This document shows positions 48,891-58,903 of a stretch of 64,000 nucleotides of DNA, in pieces. The stretch spans positions 1,771,806-1,835,805 of the forward strand of contig NZ_OZ007039.1 of the NCBI RefSeq assembly GCF_963931675.1. The letters are read 5' to 3'. Positions within the stretch are counted from its first letter, which is position 1; each line of letters starts with the position of its first letter. The notes beneath the pieces are model-generated. The model was given only the letters and a program-made list of their open reading frames with translations. It was not told the origin of the DNA and ran no database searches. Source of the stretch: an uncultured Alistipes sp. (lineage in GTDB: Bacteria > Bacteroidota > Bacteroidia > Bacteroidales > Rikenellaceae). A program made the position numbers and the translations under genes.

Positions 48891-50671
48891 AAGCGTTTGA
48901 TTCTTTTAAGAACATTTTCAAATGTGCTGTACATCTCCACGAAATGGTCTGGAATAACAGACTCGTCCGCTTTTTCTACGATTTGTCGGATAGATGCGAT
49001 GCGGTCTGGATCTTTATATGCCATTTTTACCATGTCTTCATATAGAGAGGTGCTGATTTGCTGTTCCAAAGCAGAAGTTTTGTCATCGGCCAACTCTTTA
49101 TCCAACTGTTGACTTTCCAATATATACTGTTCCACATCTTCTGTCAGCATGAAAGCCAGATAGTTGATGAACTTCCCTTTTGTATTGATGAAAGAACGGA
49201 ATATGGCTTTGTCACGCTCGTCGGTTGGCATTCCTTCCGTCTTTATCTTTATCACTCGGTGTAAATCTCCAGTTCGTATTGAGTAAAACTCTGTCAGTGA
49301 ATCCAGTGGTATGTCTTCAAATATCAGATCGTCAGTCAACTCTTGTTCTTTGCCATTACATCCTAAAGGATAAAGGAAAACAGATTCCGAAGGGAGCTTG
49401 TTTGGCAGGCATTGGATTGTAATGGTATAGCTGCCGTTATTTGATCTGATTTGTGCCTTTTGAATCGCTGCAATCGCACGACGCAATATCAGTTCGTCGG
49501 TGACATTCTTTTTACCACCGTCTTCCTTAGGTACCGAAATAACCTGCTCGAACATGCACTCTTTACTGTCGTTAATCAGTTCACTCCGGTATTTTTCATA
49601 CGAGGTCTTATATGGGGCAAACTTCAGGTGCAGTAAAAATTCCACATTCCGTCCGAATCCGTTCATGGTAGCATTGGTAGAACCGAGATACAAATGGTTA
49701 TAGTAAAGACGGTCTTCATGTCTTCGTATGAAATAAACTTTCTCGTGCAAATCGACAGCTACATCTTTTTCTACTTTATCGGTCAGTACCTCCTTGGGTG
49801 TGTACACTCCGTCATTAAACAAATTTATGATCTCTTGTGTAACAGAAGCATGTCTTGTGATGAGTGTCTTTCTGGCTCCGTGGCTGCAACTGACCATCTG
49901 ATTCAGGATATGTGTGTCTACGAATGGAGAGATAACCAGCATCTCTGTTGCATGCTTCAACATACTCTGTTCAAGGCATTCTGCATGTCCATCATATCCA
50001 GGTATTCCCATGGGGAAAAACTCGTAATCTTCAAAGGGCGAATCCGTAAGATCAAATTGTTCGATGCAGTTAATGTCTATGCAGAGCGAACGCATATTTT
50101 TTCGGATAGTACAGTTATCGGTTTTTCCGATCAACCATGTGAGAAAGTCCACAAGCGGTTTATGTTTACTTTGGGCTTTTTGAGTAGCTTGTTTCGTGCT
50201 GATCTTTCCGGAAAGTTCACATACTACGTCCAGGTCGTTAGAACTGGTTAGGTTGCGTGAAAGGACAATCAATTTGATTTGCTGCGTACCTGTATCCGGG
50301 TTTGTTTCTTTGATTATCCATACTTTGGGATGAAAATTGATGAAGTTTCCGCCTTTCGCATGGAGTGTTACCTGCACAACGCTTTGCTCAAGAAGTGAAT
50401 ACACTTTGGAGTTGGCCTGCGGTATTGCAATACATCCGGCGTTACAAAAAACTGCAAATTTACCTGCCGATTGATTGATAGTCTCCAGAATCAAGTGGGG
50501 AGAACGCATGGTTGCCTCCGTCAAATCTGTCATCGTACCCAGCATAAATGGTACCGACAATAAGGAAGGCATGTCCAGACTATAGGTCGTGCATACGGCA
50601 TAATCAACCACAAAGCCGTCACTTTGCAATACATCCGTATAGACAATATCATTCCATAATGCTTCAGCCAT
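48887..50671 (-). CDS. phospholipase D-like (HKD) nuclease family protein with a ~250-aa extra C-terminal domain
   Basis: Two HKD-type motifs, LHAKGGNFINFHPKVWII and HEKVYFIRR...LYLGSTNATMNG. The stop overlaps the helicase start (ATGA). Confidence 0.65.
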   Translation of the reverse strand: MAEALWNDIVYTDVLQSDGFVVDYAVCTTYSLDMPSLLSVPFMLGTMTDLTEATMRSPHLILETINQSAGKFAVFCNAGCIAIPQANSKVYSLLEQSVVQVTLHAKGGNFINFHPKVWIIKETNPDTGTQQIKLIVLSRNLTSSNDLDVVCELSGKISTKQATQKAQSKHKPLVDFLTWLIGKTDNCTIRKNMRSLCIDINCIEQFDLTDSPFEDYEFFPMGIPGYDGHAECLEQSMLKHATEMLVISPFVDTHILNQMVSCSHGARKTLITRHASVTQEIINLFNDGVYTPKEVLTDKVEKDVAVDLHEKVYFIRRHEDRLYYNHLYLGSTNATMNGFGRNVEFLLHLKFAPYKTSYEKYRSELINDSKECMFEQVISVPKEDGGKKNVTDELILRRAIAAIQKAQIRSNNGSYTITIQCLPNKLPSESVFLYPLGCNGKEQELTDDLIFEDIPLDSLTEFYSIRTGDLHRVIKIKTEGMPTDERDKAIFRSFINTKGKFINYLAFMLTEDVEQYILESQQLDKELADDKTSALEQQISTSLYEDMVKMAYKDPDRIASIRQIVEKADESVIPDHFVEMYSTFENVLKRIKRL

Positions 50672-51842
50672 TGATAGCCTCCTTTCTTAATTCGTCAACA
50701 AAGATTTTCACCGTATCCCATCGGTACGTGAGTTTATAGTAATGTATGCGGGCTTTCTTGTCGTAAACGTATGCAGGATTTCCAATTTTCCTGCGATTCC
50801 CTTTTACATTTCGTTCTCGGCTGATAATCAGTTGGTCCAGACCTCCATCTTCTTCAATATCATTGGCAGCAAGGTGTTCCGCAACTTTTTCGCAGAACCT
50901 TTTCCCGCTATCCTCCCGTATGTTTACGGCATTCAATACCTTGTCTATATCGGTCCCACTTTTCCGGTATTCTTCAAGTTTCTCCTGAAATTCAACTCGC
51001 ATCTCTTCATCCTGGTATTGCGAATAGATATAGTTATAGCGAATGTGCACCATATATATAAAATCTGCAAAGCGTCGGGCAAGGTCTTGCAATTCTCCAA
51101 TCTCCTGTGGCAATTGGCGGTATGGGATCTGTTCAAATCTATCGGTTATCGCAAAGTCTGGATTATCTACGATGTAACGTAATAATGTACCTTGACATGC
51201 TTTTGCATTTAGTATGTGACCCACAATGAAGTCTTTGTCCTCTACGGTCAGGTCTAAGGAGCATTTTTGAGTAAAATCATAATCCACATTCGGGAAAGAA
51301 CAAAACTGGAACAGGCCTAACCTGTCATCAGCATCGTTATTGGTATCTTCGTCATCCGTCCTGACTGCCGTTGGGGCGTTGTGTAGTGCATTGGATGTTG
51401 AGTAAATAAGTTCATACAATTGCGGACTGCGCAAGATTCCAAAAGTGAGCAATCCTGTATTGTAGATGTATGCAGGATCGTATTTAACGTAGTTGTTCCC
51501 GGGTTTATTAATAACTTCGCTTCCTATAATTCCTCGTGTGTCCGTACTGCCTTCACAAAGATTCTTTGTCATGATGCGCTCCAGCCGTATAATTTCCGTT
51601 TTCACCTCTGAAATCCGGTTATATCGTTTTTCAGTAGCCTTGCGGTAGAGTTGAGGCATGAGCGAGAAATATTTAATGTGCTTCTGCAGGGTGGATATTC
51701 CGGGGAACATCCGGTCTGAAAAAGCGTCACGAATACGGCCAATGCCGAGTTCGTCGAGGGCTACAGATTCCGAGGTCATTTTCAGCACCTGCATGACCCG
51801 GGTTTGTTCTTCCCTGTTGCTATGTATATATCCTAATTTCAT
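50664..51842 (-). CDS. hypothetical protein (392 aa), first gene of the PLD-helicase operon
   Basis: Overlaps the PLD gene start by 8 nt. Low-GC. No recognisable motif. Confidence 0.5.
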   Translation of the reverse strand: MKLGYIHSNREEQTRVMQVLKMTSESVALDELGIGRIRDAFSDRMFPGISTLQKHIKYFSLMPQLYRKATEKRYNRISEVKTEIIRLERIMTKNLCEGSTDTRGIIGSEVINKPGNNYVKYDPAYIYNTGLLTFGILRSPQLYELIYSTSNALHNAPTAVRTDDEDTNNDADDRLGLFQFCSFPNVDYDFTQKCSLDLTVEDKDFIVGHILNAKACQGTLLRYIVDNPDFAITDRFEQIPYRQLPQEIGELQDLARRFADFIYMVHIRYNYIYSQYQDEEMRVEFQEKLEEYRKSGTDIDKVLNAVNIREDSGKRFCEKVAEHLAANDIEEDGGLDQLIISRERNVKGNRRKIGNPAYVYDKKARIHYYKLTYRWDTVKIFVDELRKEAING

Positions 51843-51978
51843 GAAAGAGGAGGTCGTGAGTTTTTATTGTTTCTTAGTGCTTGGTTTTGTATTGTAAGTC
51901 TGATCCTGGTAGGGTGTAGGTTTATAGGATTTTTCTGCGATAACTTTCTTGAGCGGATGGGCAAGTAGATAACTTCTG

Positions 51979-54723
51979 TTAATTGCGTTTCAATAGCGAT
52001 TGAATCTTGGACTCTTCGTCGGTCCCCGTGGTCGAGAGGCGCAGCAGCGGTAGGCCGTAGCGGTCGAGGATGCGATCCTTCATCCGGTCGCGTTCGGATT
52101 GGCGGGTTCCTTGTTTGTGGAACTGGTAGCCGTCGGTCTCGACAGCCAGGACGGGGCGTTTGCTTACCCGGTTATAGATCAGGAAGTCGAGGTGCGTGGC
52201 GCCGTTCGAGATATAGCGGCGCTCCTCGTCGTCGAGAAGCGTCCAGTCGCGGATCAACTGTCGCAGCGGTTGATGGCAGAGGACGCTCAGATGCCGGAAT
52301 GCCGGGTCCGCCTCCAACACACGCTCCAGCAGGGCATAGGTCAGATTCTCGGAGTCGAACTCCGAGATCCGTCGGTGCCGTTTGAGGAACTCCCGCCGCG
52401 CCTCGGCATAGGGTTCGTAGAGCAGGTCGAAAACCGAATGGATGGCGCTCTCCGTGATCTTGCCGCCGTTGTAGTCGATGTAGGCCAGCAGGTCGGCGAT
52501 GTTGCGGCTGTCGGGCTGCTCGTTGCTCGAAGTGACGAGCGTAAATTGCCTCTTGGCCCGTGATACGGCAACGTTCAGCAGATTGGGATCATCCGTGAAG
52601 GCGGTAATCTGATCGTCGACGGTCGACAGGATGATGGCCTCCTTTTCCCGTCCCTGGAACTTGTGGACTGTGGCCACGTCAACACCTCCGCCCAGTTCGC
52701 GGTGGAGCGCATTGACCTGCTCGTTGTAGGGGGAGATAATGCCGATTTCGGCCTGCTCGCAGGGGAGTGACGGCAGCACCTCGCGCCGGATCGTCTCGAT
52801 CTCGCGGGGGTTGAACGCTCCCCGCGCGTGATGACCCGGTGTGGTCCGCCACGCCGTGATGACGTCGGGTTCGCCGCGATCCTCGGTCATGATCAGCAGG
52901 CGCCCGCCGTAGAAACGCTGGTTGCAGAAGTTGATGATCTTCGGGTGGCAGCGGTAGTGTTCGCGCAGCAGCGTCTGCGGCGCTTCGGGAAAGACCCGGC
53001 AGACGGACTCCAGAAAGCTCAACGCGGCGCAGTCGTAGCGGGGGTCAATTACGTGTTTGGCGCCGATGGCCTGCATGCGGAGCCGGTCGGCATCCGTGAT
53101 GACATTGGGCAGTTGCATCGAGTCGCCGACAATCACCGCATTGCGGGCGCACATCAGCGCCAGTGCCCCTGTTTCGGATGATACCTGCGAGGCTTCGTCC
53201 ATGATCACGTAGTCGAACAGCGTCTCCGCCCGGAAATTCGACCGCGAGGAGAAGGTCGTGCTCAACACGACGGGGTACTCCTTGAGCAGCTCGGGGATGA
53301 TGTGCTGGAAAATCGGTCGTTTGTGTCCCTTGCCATAGCGGGCGGCCAGCCGGCTGCGCAGGTAGCGCATCGAGTCGTCGCTTAGCCGGGCCACCATCGC
53401 CGGAGCATCCGACGTGGCAAGTTGCTTTTCAATCCGGTCGATCTCCGCCGTGAGCTCCTCCTGCCGAACCTGGTAGTAACTGCGCTGGAGGAGGGGGATT
53501 AACCGCTGGAGATCCTGCCGCTCCGGGTGGCGGGGAAATCCGTCGAAGAGGCGGCGGATCCGGCGTTTGAGCAAAAACCATCGGACAGCCTCTCGCCATC
53601 GGTCGAAGAGCCCGTTCGGCTGCCACTCGACAGCGGCCTGCAATTCGTTCCACAGCATCAGCAGACGGGCCGATGGCATCTGCCGACGAAGCGTGACGGA
53701 GGAATCAATCGTTGTCTCCTGCTCGAAATGGAGTTGCTCGGTTTGGAGTCCCGACAACTCCTGCCGGGCACGAGCCAGCCGCTCCTGTCGTTCGAAAACC
53801 GTTTGTAACGATTCTGCCTCGGACTGGATGGTGCGGAGAAACTCCGGAGAGTCGGTTTCGACCGAATACCACGAGTCGATCTCGGCCGGAATGGACTTCT
53901 CGATGGCCTGTGTTTCGACGAAGGCCGTCTTTCGCTCACGGCTGCCCAGCAGGGCGGTGAGAAATCCCAGCCCCTGCTTCTCCAGCTTCTCGACCACGTT
54001 TTCGATGGCCGAGTTGTTGTTCGAGACGACCAGCACGGTCTTCTCCTGCACCACAAGATTGGCCACGATGTTGAGGATCGTCTGCGTCTTGCCGGTTCCC
54101 GGAGGGCCCTGGATAATGCTGATCTGATTCCCGAAGGCTGCCTGGATGGCTCTCTGCTGGCTGGCGTTGCACCCGAAGGGGTAGATGAGCGGCGCCGCCG
54201 GGAATTGCCGGGGCGAGTCCTTGCCGGGATTCAGGTAGAGGGCTGCCGCCGAACGGTCGGAGACGAAGTCGATTTTCTGGTACTGCATCATCAGCAGTTT
54301 CTGCCCGTCGTCGGTTTTCAGAGGATTGAGTTCCGCCACGTCGCGCAGATAGGCGAAGCGATCCTGTGCGGGCGGCTCCTCCAAGCACGACCGAACCAGT
54401 TCAACCTCCGTTCCCTTGTAGTGGGCTCCGGTGCCGTTGGCGTATTCCACATACCAGAATCGCCGCGCACCTTGTTGGAAGGCGGCGATGTAGGAGAGCG
54501 GCTCTATCCGGCGGCCTTTGTGGAGCAGATGGCAATGTTGCGGATCGAATACCACGGGATCCTTCAGCCACAACACTTTGCTCGGGACATAGGAGTAGGT
54601 CTTCGGGAAATGGCAGAAATTGACTTGGCAGCGGTTGGGCCTTGAGGTGTACCAACAGCGTTCGACGGAGTCGGTTTTATCCTCTCCGTCGATGATAATC
54701 CGGTTTTCCCGAGGGTCGTACAT
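51979..54723 (-). CDS. SF1 (Upf1/DNA2-like, AAA_11/AAA_12) helicase fused to a C-terminal DUF2726 PD-(D/E)xK nuclease-like domain
   Basis: Walker A IQGPPGTGKTQT, Walker B VIMDEASQ, VGDSMQLPNV, FQGREKEAIILS. C-terminal LAVETDGYQFH...GLPLLRL is DUF2726-like. The gene is high-GC, unlike the adjacent island. Confidence 0.75.
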   Translation of the reverse strand: MYDPRENRIIIDGEDKTDSVERCWYTSRPNRCQVNFCHFPKTYSYVPSKVLWLKDPVVFDPQHCHLLHKGRRIEPLSYIAAFQQGARRFWYVEYANGTGAHYKGTEVELVRSCLEEPPAQDRFAYLRDVAELNPLKTDDGQKLLMMQYQKIDFVSDRSAAALYLNPGKDSPRQFPAAPLIYPFGCNASQQRAIQAAFGNQISIIQGPPGTGKTQTILNIVANLVVQEKTVLVVSNNNSAIENVVEKLEKQGLGFLTALLGSRERKTAFVETQAIEKSIPAEIDSWYSVETDSPEFLRTIQSEAESLQTVFERQERLARARQELSGLQTEQLHFEQETTIDSSVTLRRQMPSARLLMLWNELQAAVEWQPNGLFDRWREAVRWFLLKRRIRRLFDGFPRHPERQDLQRLIPLLQRSYYQVRQEELTAEIDRIEKQLATSDAPAMVARLSDDSMRYLRSRLAARYGKGHKRPIFQHIIPELLKEYPVVLSTTFSSRSNFRAETLFDYVIMDEASQVSSETGALALMCARNAVIVGDSMQLPNVITDADRLRMQAIGAKHVIDPRYDCAALSFLESVCRVFPEAPQTLLREHYRCHPKIINFCNQRFYGGRLLIMTEDRGEPDVITAWRTTPGHHARGAFNPREIETIRREVLPSLPCEQAEIGIISPYNEQVNALHRELGGGVDVATVHKFQGREKEAIILSTVDDQITAFTDDPNLLNVAVSRAKRQFTLVTSSNEQPDSRNIADLLAYIDYNGGKITESAIHSVFDLLYEPYAEARREFLKRHRRISEFDSENLTYALLERVLEADPAFRHLSVLCHQPLRQLIRDWTLLDDEERRYISNGATHLDFLIYNRVSKRPVLAVETDGYQFHKQGTRQSERDRMKDRILDRYGLPLLRLSTTGTDEESKIQSLLKRN

Positions 54724-54744
54724 CCTGATATAGCGGAGATCTCA

Positions 54745-55302
54745 CTATTTTAGTTTCTTGCCGCAGGAGAAGGCCTTGTCAACCGTAGCCCCTAATTCGA
54801 TATATTCGAGATGGATGGGGTCGAAGCTGATCGGGCGCAACTTACGCAGGTCGATTTCGCCGTCGGTCAGAATGCTTTCGTCGGCTGAGATATTGACGAT
54901 ACGTCCTGTCAGATGGCAGCTTGCGGGATCATAGGAGAGTAGTTCGCACTCGAGCGTCATGGGCAGTTCGTCGATCATCGGGGCATTGACGTGCGCCGAA
55001 GGAGTGGCATGAAATCCCGCCCGGGCGAATTTGTCGGGGACTTTATTCCCGGAGACGATACCCGCATAGTCGCAGGCAGCCACTTGATCGACCGTGGCCA
55101 TGCTGAAGGTGAAGGCACGTGTTGCAAGGATATTTTTCGTGGTTTTATGCCCGGCGGAGAGACAGATCCCGATTGTCTCATCGGTAAACATGCCACCCCA
55201 GGCGGCATTCATAACATTGGGCACGCCTTGTTCGTCGTAGGCTGCCACAATCAGTACGGGCATCGGGTAGAGCCAACTCTTCGATCCAAAGTCTTTCTTC
55301 AT
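54745..55302 (-). CDS. flavin reductase-like (FMN-binding) family protein
   Basis: WLYPMPVLIVAAYDEQGVPNVMNAAWGG. The start is chosen at MKKDFGS. Confidence 0.6.
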   Translation of the reverse strand: MKKDFGSKSWLYPMPVLIVAAYDEQGVPNVMNAAWGGMFTDETIGICLSAGHKTTKNILATRAFTFSMATVDQVAACDYAGIVSGNKVPDKFARAGFHATPSAHVNAPMIDELPMTLECELLSYDPASCHLTGRIVNISADESILTDGEIDLRKLRPISFDPIHLEYIELGATVDKAFSCGKKLK

Positions 55303-55515
55303 ATTGCTTTGTGAGATTAGTCCGTAAATTTTACGAAAATTACAAGAATTTAATGACTCGACAAAATCCGAATCTTGATTTGAAACGGATATCACGATGC
55401 TATTTCCCTGAAAACAGTGGATATTGTTGGTAGATATGTATTAAAAAGAAAATGGCCGAAGTATTTTGTCAAGGTGTTGTCTCATTTGTTTTCCGATGCA
55501 TCATCATATTCTAAC

Positions 55516-56075
55516 TGATTATCAATGGTTTATGATTTAAAAGGTAGACTACTCAAAAATTTACTTGTTTTTTTGCGAAAAATCGAAGATTTAACGTTTT
55601 TTTTCATCGACTCCCTCCGAACAGAGGGGGGGGGAAAAAGGCAAAAATAGCTTTTTTGGCCCCGACAGACCCCGTCTGCAAAGACAAGGCATGTCGGGGT
55701 TTATTTCGCCAAAAAGGGCTGTAAAATCGAGGCTGGATTCACGGATATTTTCGGGTTCCAATTGATGTATTTGGTGCTTGATTGGAGTGGCCGTTGGGGA
55801 CGCTTTGAAATCCCGAAATTACTGTTAACTTTGCAGGAGGGAGAGTACGACGGTTCGGGAAAGGGGCGCGGATTGCAGTTCCATGTTCACCTCTCCGGGC
55901 CACAGTATAGGGACAGGGCCTCAAGGGCCGTGTACCACCTCCGGGGCGGTGAGTAAAGCCGCCCCGGTTTATTTTATGTCGGAACCATTTCGCCATGGCG
56001 CAGCCATCTCTTTTTTCCCTTATTTCGACTTTACTTTAATGAACGTATATGTGAGTACGGGGATAAAGTAAAGTT
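55516..56075 (+). repeat. structured repeat element, copy 2 (~560 bp)
   Basis: See copy 1 (39190-39614). The two copies share both termini. Copy 2 has about 230 bp of extra central sequence. Confidence 0.6.
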
Positions 56076-56107
56076 CATGTAATCTGCAATTTATCTGACC
56101 GTGCCAA

Positions 56108-57382
56108 TCAGAAGAAAACCATATTCGGCCGGATCTCTTCGATCATCTTTTGCGGAACGTCGCATTCCCGGGCGATCTCCGGCCACATGGATGCCGCCTG
56201 GCAAACCTCGTCGATAATCCGTGCAGCATTCTTGATGTTGTTCTTGGCCGCGCATTCGAGCAGGTCGTCTTTGGTGATGCCGCTGAATTTGCCGTTTATC
56301 GACATCTGGTGGGCCGAGGTCCACTGGCCGTCGGGATTGTAGGCGTAGCCCATGTCGTAGGCCGGAGAAAGGTGCCATTTCCCGCCTCTGTCCATCAGGA
56401 AAGAGATGTTCTTCGTGTGATCGTCTTGATTGCGCACAACGACATTGAACACCATTCTGCGGAACATCTCCTGCGCCTCCTTGTAGGTGAGCCGCAGTCC
56501 GCGCATCACGGCGAACGCCTGTTCGTAGGAGTAGGCCCTGAGGAGCCGGTAATCGAAGTGCGCGATGCCGCAAAGCGTCTGCATGTGCACCTTTGCACCG
56601 TTTATCCGGTCGAACCGCTTTGTCAGGAAGTGGGCCCTCCCGTTCTCTTCGATCAGCGAGCATTCCGCCATGTCGATGCCGCACTCCCTCACAAGTCGTG
56701 AAAAGGAGTATTCCAGACGCCCGAAGTTCTCCGTCTCCCTGAATCCGGCCGTGGCGGATACGCCGTCCAGCTTGATGATGTAGTAGTCGAACCCGTCGGG
56801 AGCCTCGACCTGTCCCGAACGGATCTCTCCGGTGGCTTTGTTGTAGGCAATGATTGCCTTGGCGCGTTGCCCGCCGGCTGAGGTGCCGAGACGCAGAATT
56901 TCCGCGATGGCCGCCTTCTTGTCGGAACTGATGTTCACGTTGAAACTTGATTTGTCGGCAAGGGCTTCTCTGGCTACATCCACCAGAGAATCGACCTCTA
57001 TCCGGATATCCGTATCGACTGCGTCGATGGCCGGTTCAAACTCAAGGGCACCCATGCAGCGTTTGCCAAGAAAGCAAAGCGTCTCGATCGCATTGCCGCT
57101 GGTCCGGCCCGTCAGGGCCAGCCACTTCTCAAAAAGGGCACGGCCGTATGTATCCGGCAGGGAATCCGCCAGCATTCCGGGCAGGCCTTTGAAGGTCGTT
57201 TTGTCAAGTTCCCCGAAACTGTACACGCGGCCTTCCCTTACAGGCATCATCAGCGGCGAAGGTTCTATGCCCTGTCGCACAAAGTCCGGATCGTACTCGA
57301 ACTGTGCGATTTCATATCTTTGGTCCCAACGTACCGAGCCTATGGGCTGGCCGTATAGATTGACACGAGCTACGTCTACCAT
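56108..57382 (-). CDS. hipA: HipA-family kinase toxin (long form)
   Basis: The block GTSAGGQRAKA and the catalytic loop QDDHTKNISF. It overlaps the upstream HTH gene. Confidence 0.8.
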   Translation of the reverse strand: MVDVARVNLYGQPIGSVRWDQRYEIAQFEYDPDFVRQGIEPSPLMMPVREGRVYSFGELDKTTFKGLPGMLADSLPDTYGRALFEKWLALTGRTSGNAIETLCFLGKRCMGALEFEPAIDAVDTDIRIEVDSLVDVAREALADKSSFNVNISSDKKAAIAEILRLGTSAGGQRAKAIIAYNKATGEIRSGQVEAPDGFDYYIIKLDGVSATAGFRETENFGRLEYSFSRLVRECGIDMAECSLIEENGRAHFLTKRFDRINGAKVHMQTLCGIAHFDYRLLRAYSYEQAFAVMRGLRLTYKEAQEMFRRMVFNVVVRNQDDHTKNISFLMDRGGKWHLSPAYDMGYAYNPDGQWTSAHQMSINGKFSGITKDDLLECAAKNNIKNAARIIDEVCQAASMWPEIARECDVPQKMIEEIRPNMVFF

Positions 57383-57726
57383 TCCGATTCCTCCTTATTC
57401 TCTTTTGTGTAACCTTTGGATGCTCGCTTGCGCTTGGGCTTGTTTGCTTTGCTGGCCAACTCGTAGTATTCGTTCGGGCTCAACTGCTCCTCCTCGACGA
57501 GCGGGACGAAGATGTCGAGCTTGCCAAGGGTGCGCAGGACACGGATCAGCGACTCGAAGTTCTTTACCTCCCCGTCCTCCATGCGCTTTATGGTGGAGAT
57601 GGAGACACCGCTCTTGTCTGCCAGTTCGGCCTGCGACATATTCTGCTTCAGACGTACCGTTTTTATTTTGGCTGCAATCCTGTTGCAAAGTTCGGTGTCT
57701 GTTAGTATGTATATGTTGTCCAACAT
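57376..57726 (-). CDS. hipB: HipB-like XRE-family HTH antitoxin
   Basis: HTH block MSQAELADKSGVSISTIKRMEDG. It overlaps the hipA start. Confidence 0.65.
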   Translation of the reverse strand: MLDNIYILTDTELCNRIAAKIKTVRLKQNMSQAELADKSGVSISTIKRMEDGEVKNFESLIRVLRTLGKLDIFVPLVEEEQLSPNEYYELASKANKPKRKRASKGYTKENKEESEW

Positions 57727-58097
57727 ATCAAATCTGATACTTGTTGCGACAAATATAAGAATAAAAGTTCATAAATGAAACTTTGATTAGAAAACTTTAA
57801 GGGTCTTATGTGCTACATATAGTTGATAATTGTAGTATATGATATTACTTAGTTTTATATGTTTGGGTATATAACTATAAATTTCCAAAATCTGCATCTT
57901 TTTAATAATTCATGCAACGATGGGTGGTAGAAAGTAATCATGAATATAATTTGATGGGTGTAGGAGAGAGGTCTAGAATTGTTAATAGTCTTCCAGTAAA
58001 TAAGTAATCTTTTTATCTGATTTAAGAAAGCTTAGGACTAAGTTTTGCCTGGTAATAGAAAAATTTGCTATATTTGCAAATAATAAAATTCCCAATT

Positions 58098-58334
58098 ATG
58101 TTAGATGTTGAATATAAATATTATCTAGAGCATCAACAGGAATTGCTGAAATTGTATAAAGGACGTTTCATTGTTATTGTCGGGAATTCCGTCGTCGGCA
58201 ATTATGCTACTCATGTTGAGGCATATTTGGATTCTATTAATAAGTATGATCTTGGCTCATTTCTTATTCAGGAATGTACTGATGGTAATTCTGGATATAC
58301 TCAAACTTATCATTCACGTGTTATTTTTGCGTAA
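58098..58334 (+). CDS. small protein (79 aa) translationally coupled to the downstream aspartic protease gene
   Basis: TAATG stop/start overlap at 58332-58336. The start is chosen at MLDVEY. Confidence 0.4.
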   Translation: MLDVEYKYYLEHQQELLKLYKGRFIVIVGNSVVGNYATHVEAYLDSINKYDLGSFLIQECTDGNSGYTQTYHSRVIFA

Positions 58335-58897
58335 TGTCAGCACTTCCTTTAGCAAAAGCATTCACTCAGCGATATGAGGGCATCACAAATGTCTTGAAAA
58401 CAGAATGCACGGTATATTCAGCGTTTGATCCTAGAACACCTGTTAAACCGGAGGGCTGTAAGGTGCTTTGTTTGTGGGATACTGGTGCTACTAATTCAGC
58501 TATTTCTGCTAGATTGGTGCAAACTCTAAACTTGAAACCGAGTGGGAAGGCTACAGTCTCTCATGCACAAGGTCAAACTGATGTAAATACTTACATGATT
58601 AATCTCGTGCTTCCTAATAATGTCGGTGTGGCGTTTTTGCCAGTTAGTGAAGGTATTTTATCTGGGTTTGACATATTGATAGGGATGGATATTATTTCTC
58701 GAGGTGACTTTTCATTATCTTGCTCAAATGGGAAAACAGTATTCTCTTTCCAAACGCCATCAACACATGAGGTTGATTATGTGACAGGTAAAATGATTCG
58801 ATCTCCAATGATAAAATCAGATAAGGAACCAGGCAGGAATTCTCCATGCCCTTGTGGAAGTGGAAAGAAGTATAAGCATTGTTGCGGGAAGCACTAA
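58334..58897 (+). CDS. retropepsin-like (clan AA) aspartic protease with a C-terminal SEC-C zinc-binding motif
   Basis: Active-site block [14 protein letters not shown] (D-T-G-A) and GMDIISRG. The C-terminal tail [16 protein letters not shown] is a SEC-C motif. Confidence 0.6.
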   Translation: MSALPLAKAFTQRYEGITNVLKTECTVYSAFDPRTPVKPEGCKVLCLWDTGATNSAISARLVQTLNLKPSGKATVSHAQGQTDVNTYMINLVLPNNVGVAFLPVSEGILSGFDILIGMDIISRGDFSLSCSNGKTVFSFQTPSTHEVDYVTGKMIRSPMIKSDKEPGRNSPCPCGSGKKYKHCCGKH

Positions 58898-58903
58898 GTT
58901 ATT

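Noticed and set aside
50664-54723. Mokosh type I (SF1 RNA helicase MkoA plus PLD MkoB) as an explanation for the PLD gene
   Set aside because: The SF1 helicase-DUF2726 gene is separated from the PLD gene by the 392-aa gene. It has about 62% GC versus about 40% for the PLD/SNF2 operon. The PLD gene is translationally coupled to the SNF2 helicase instead, so adjacency is probably coincidental.
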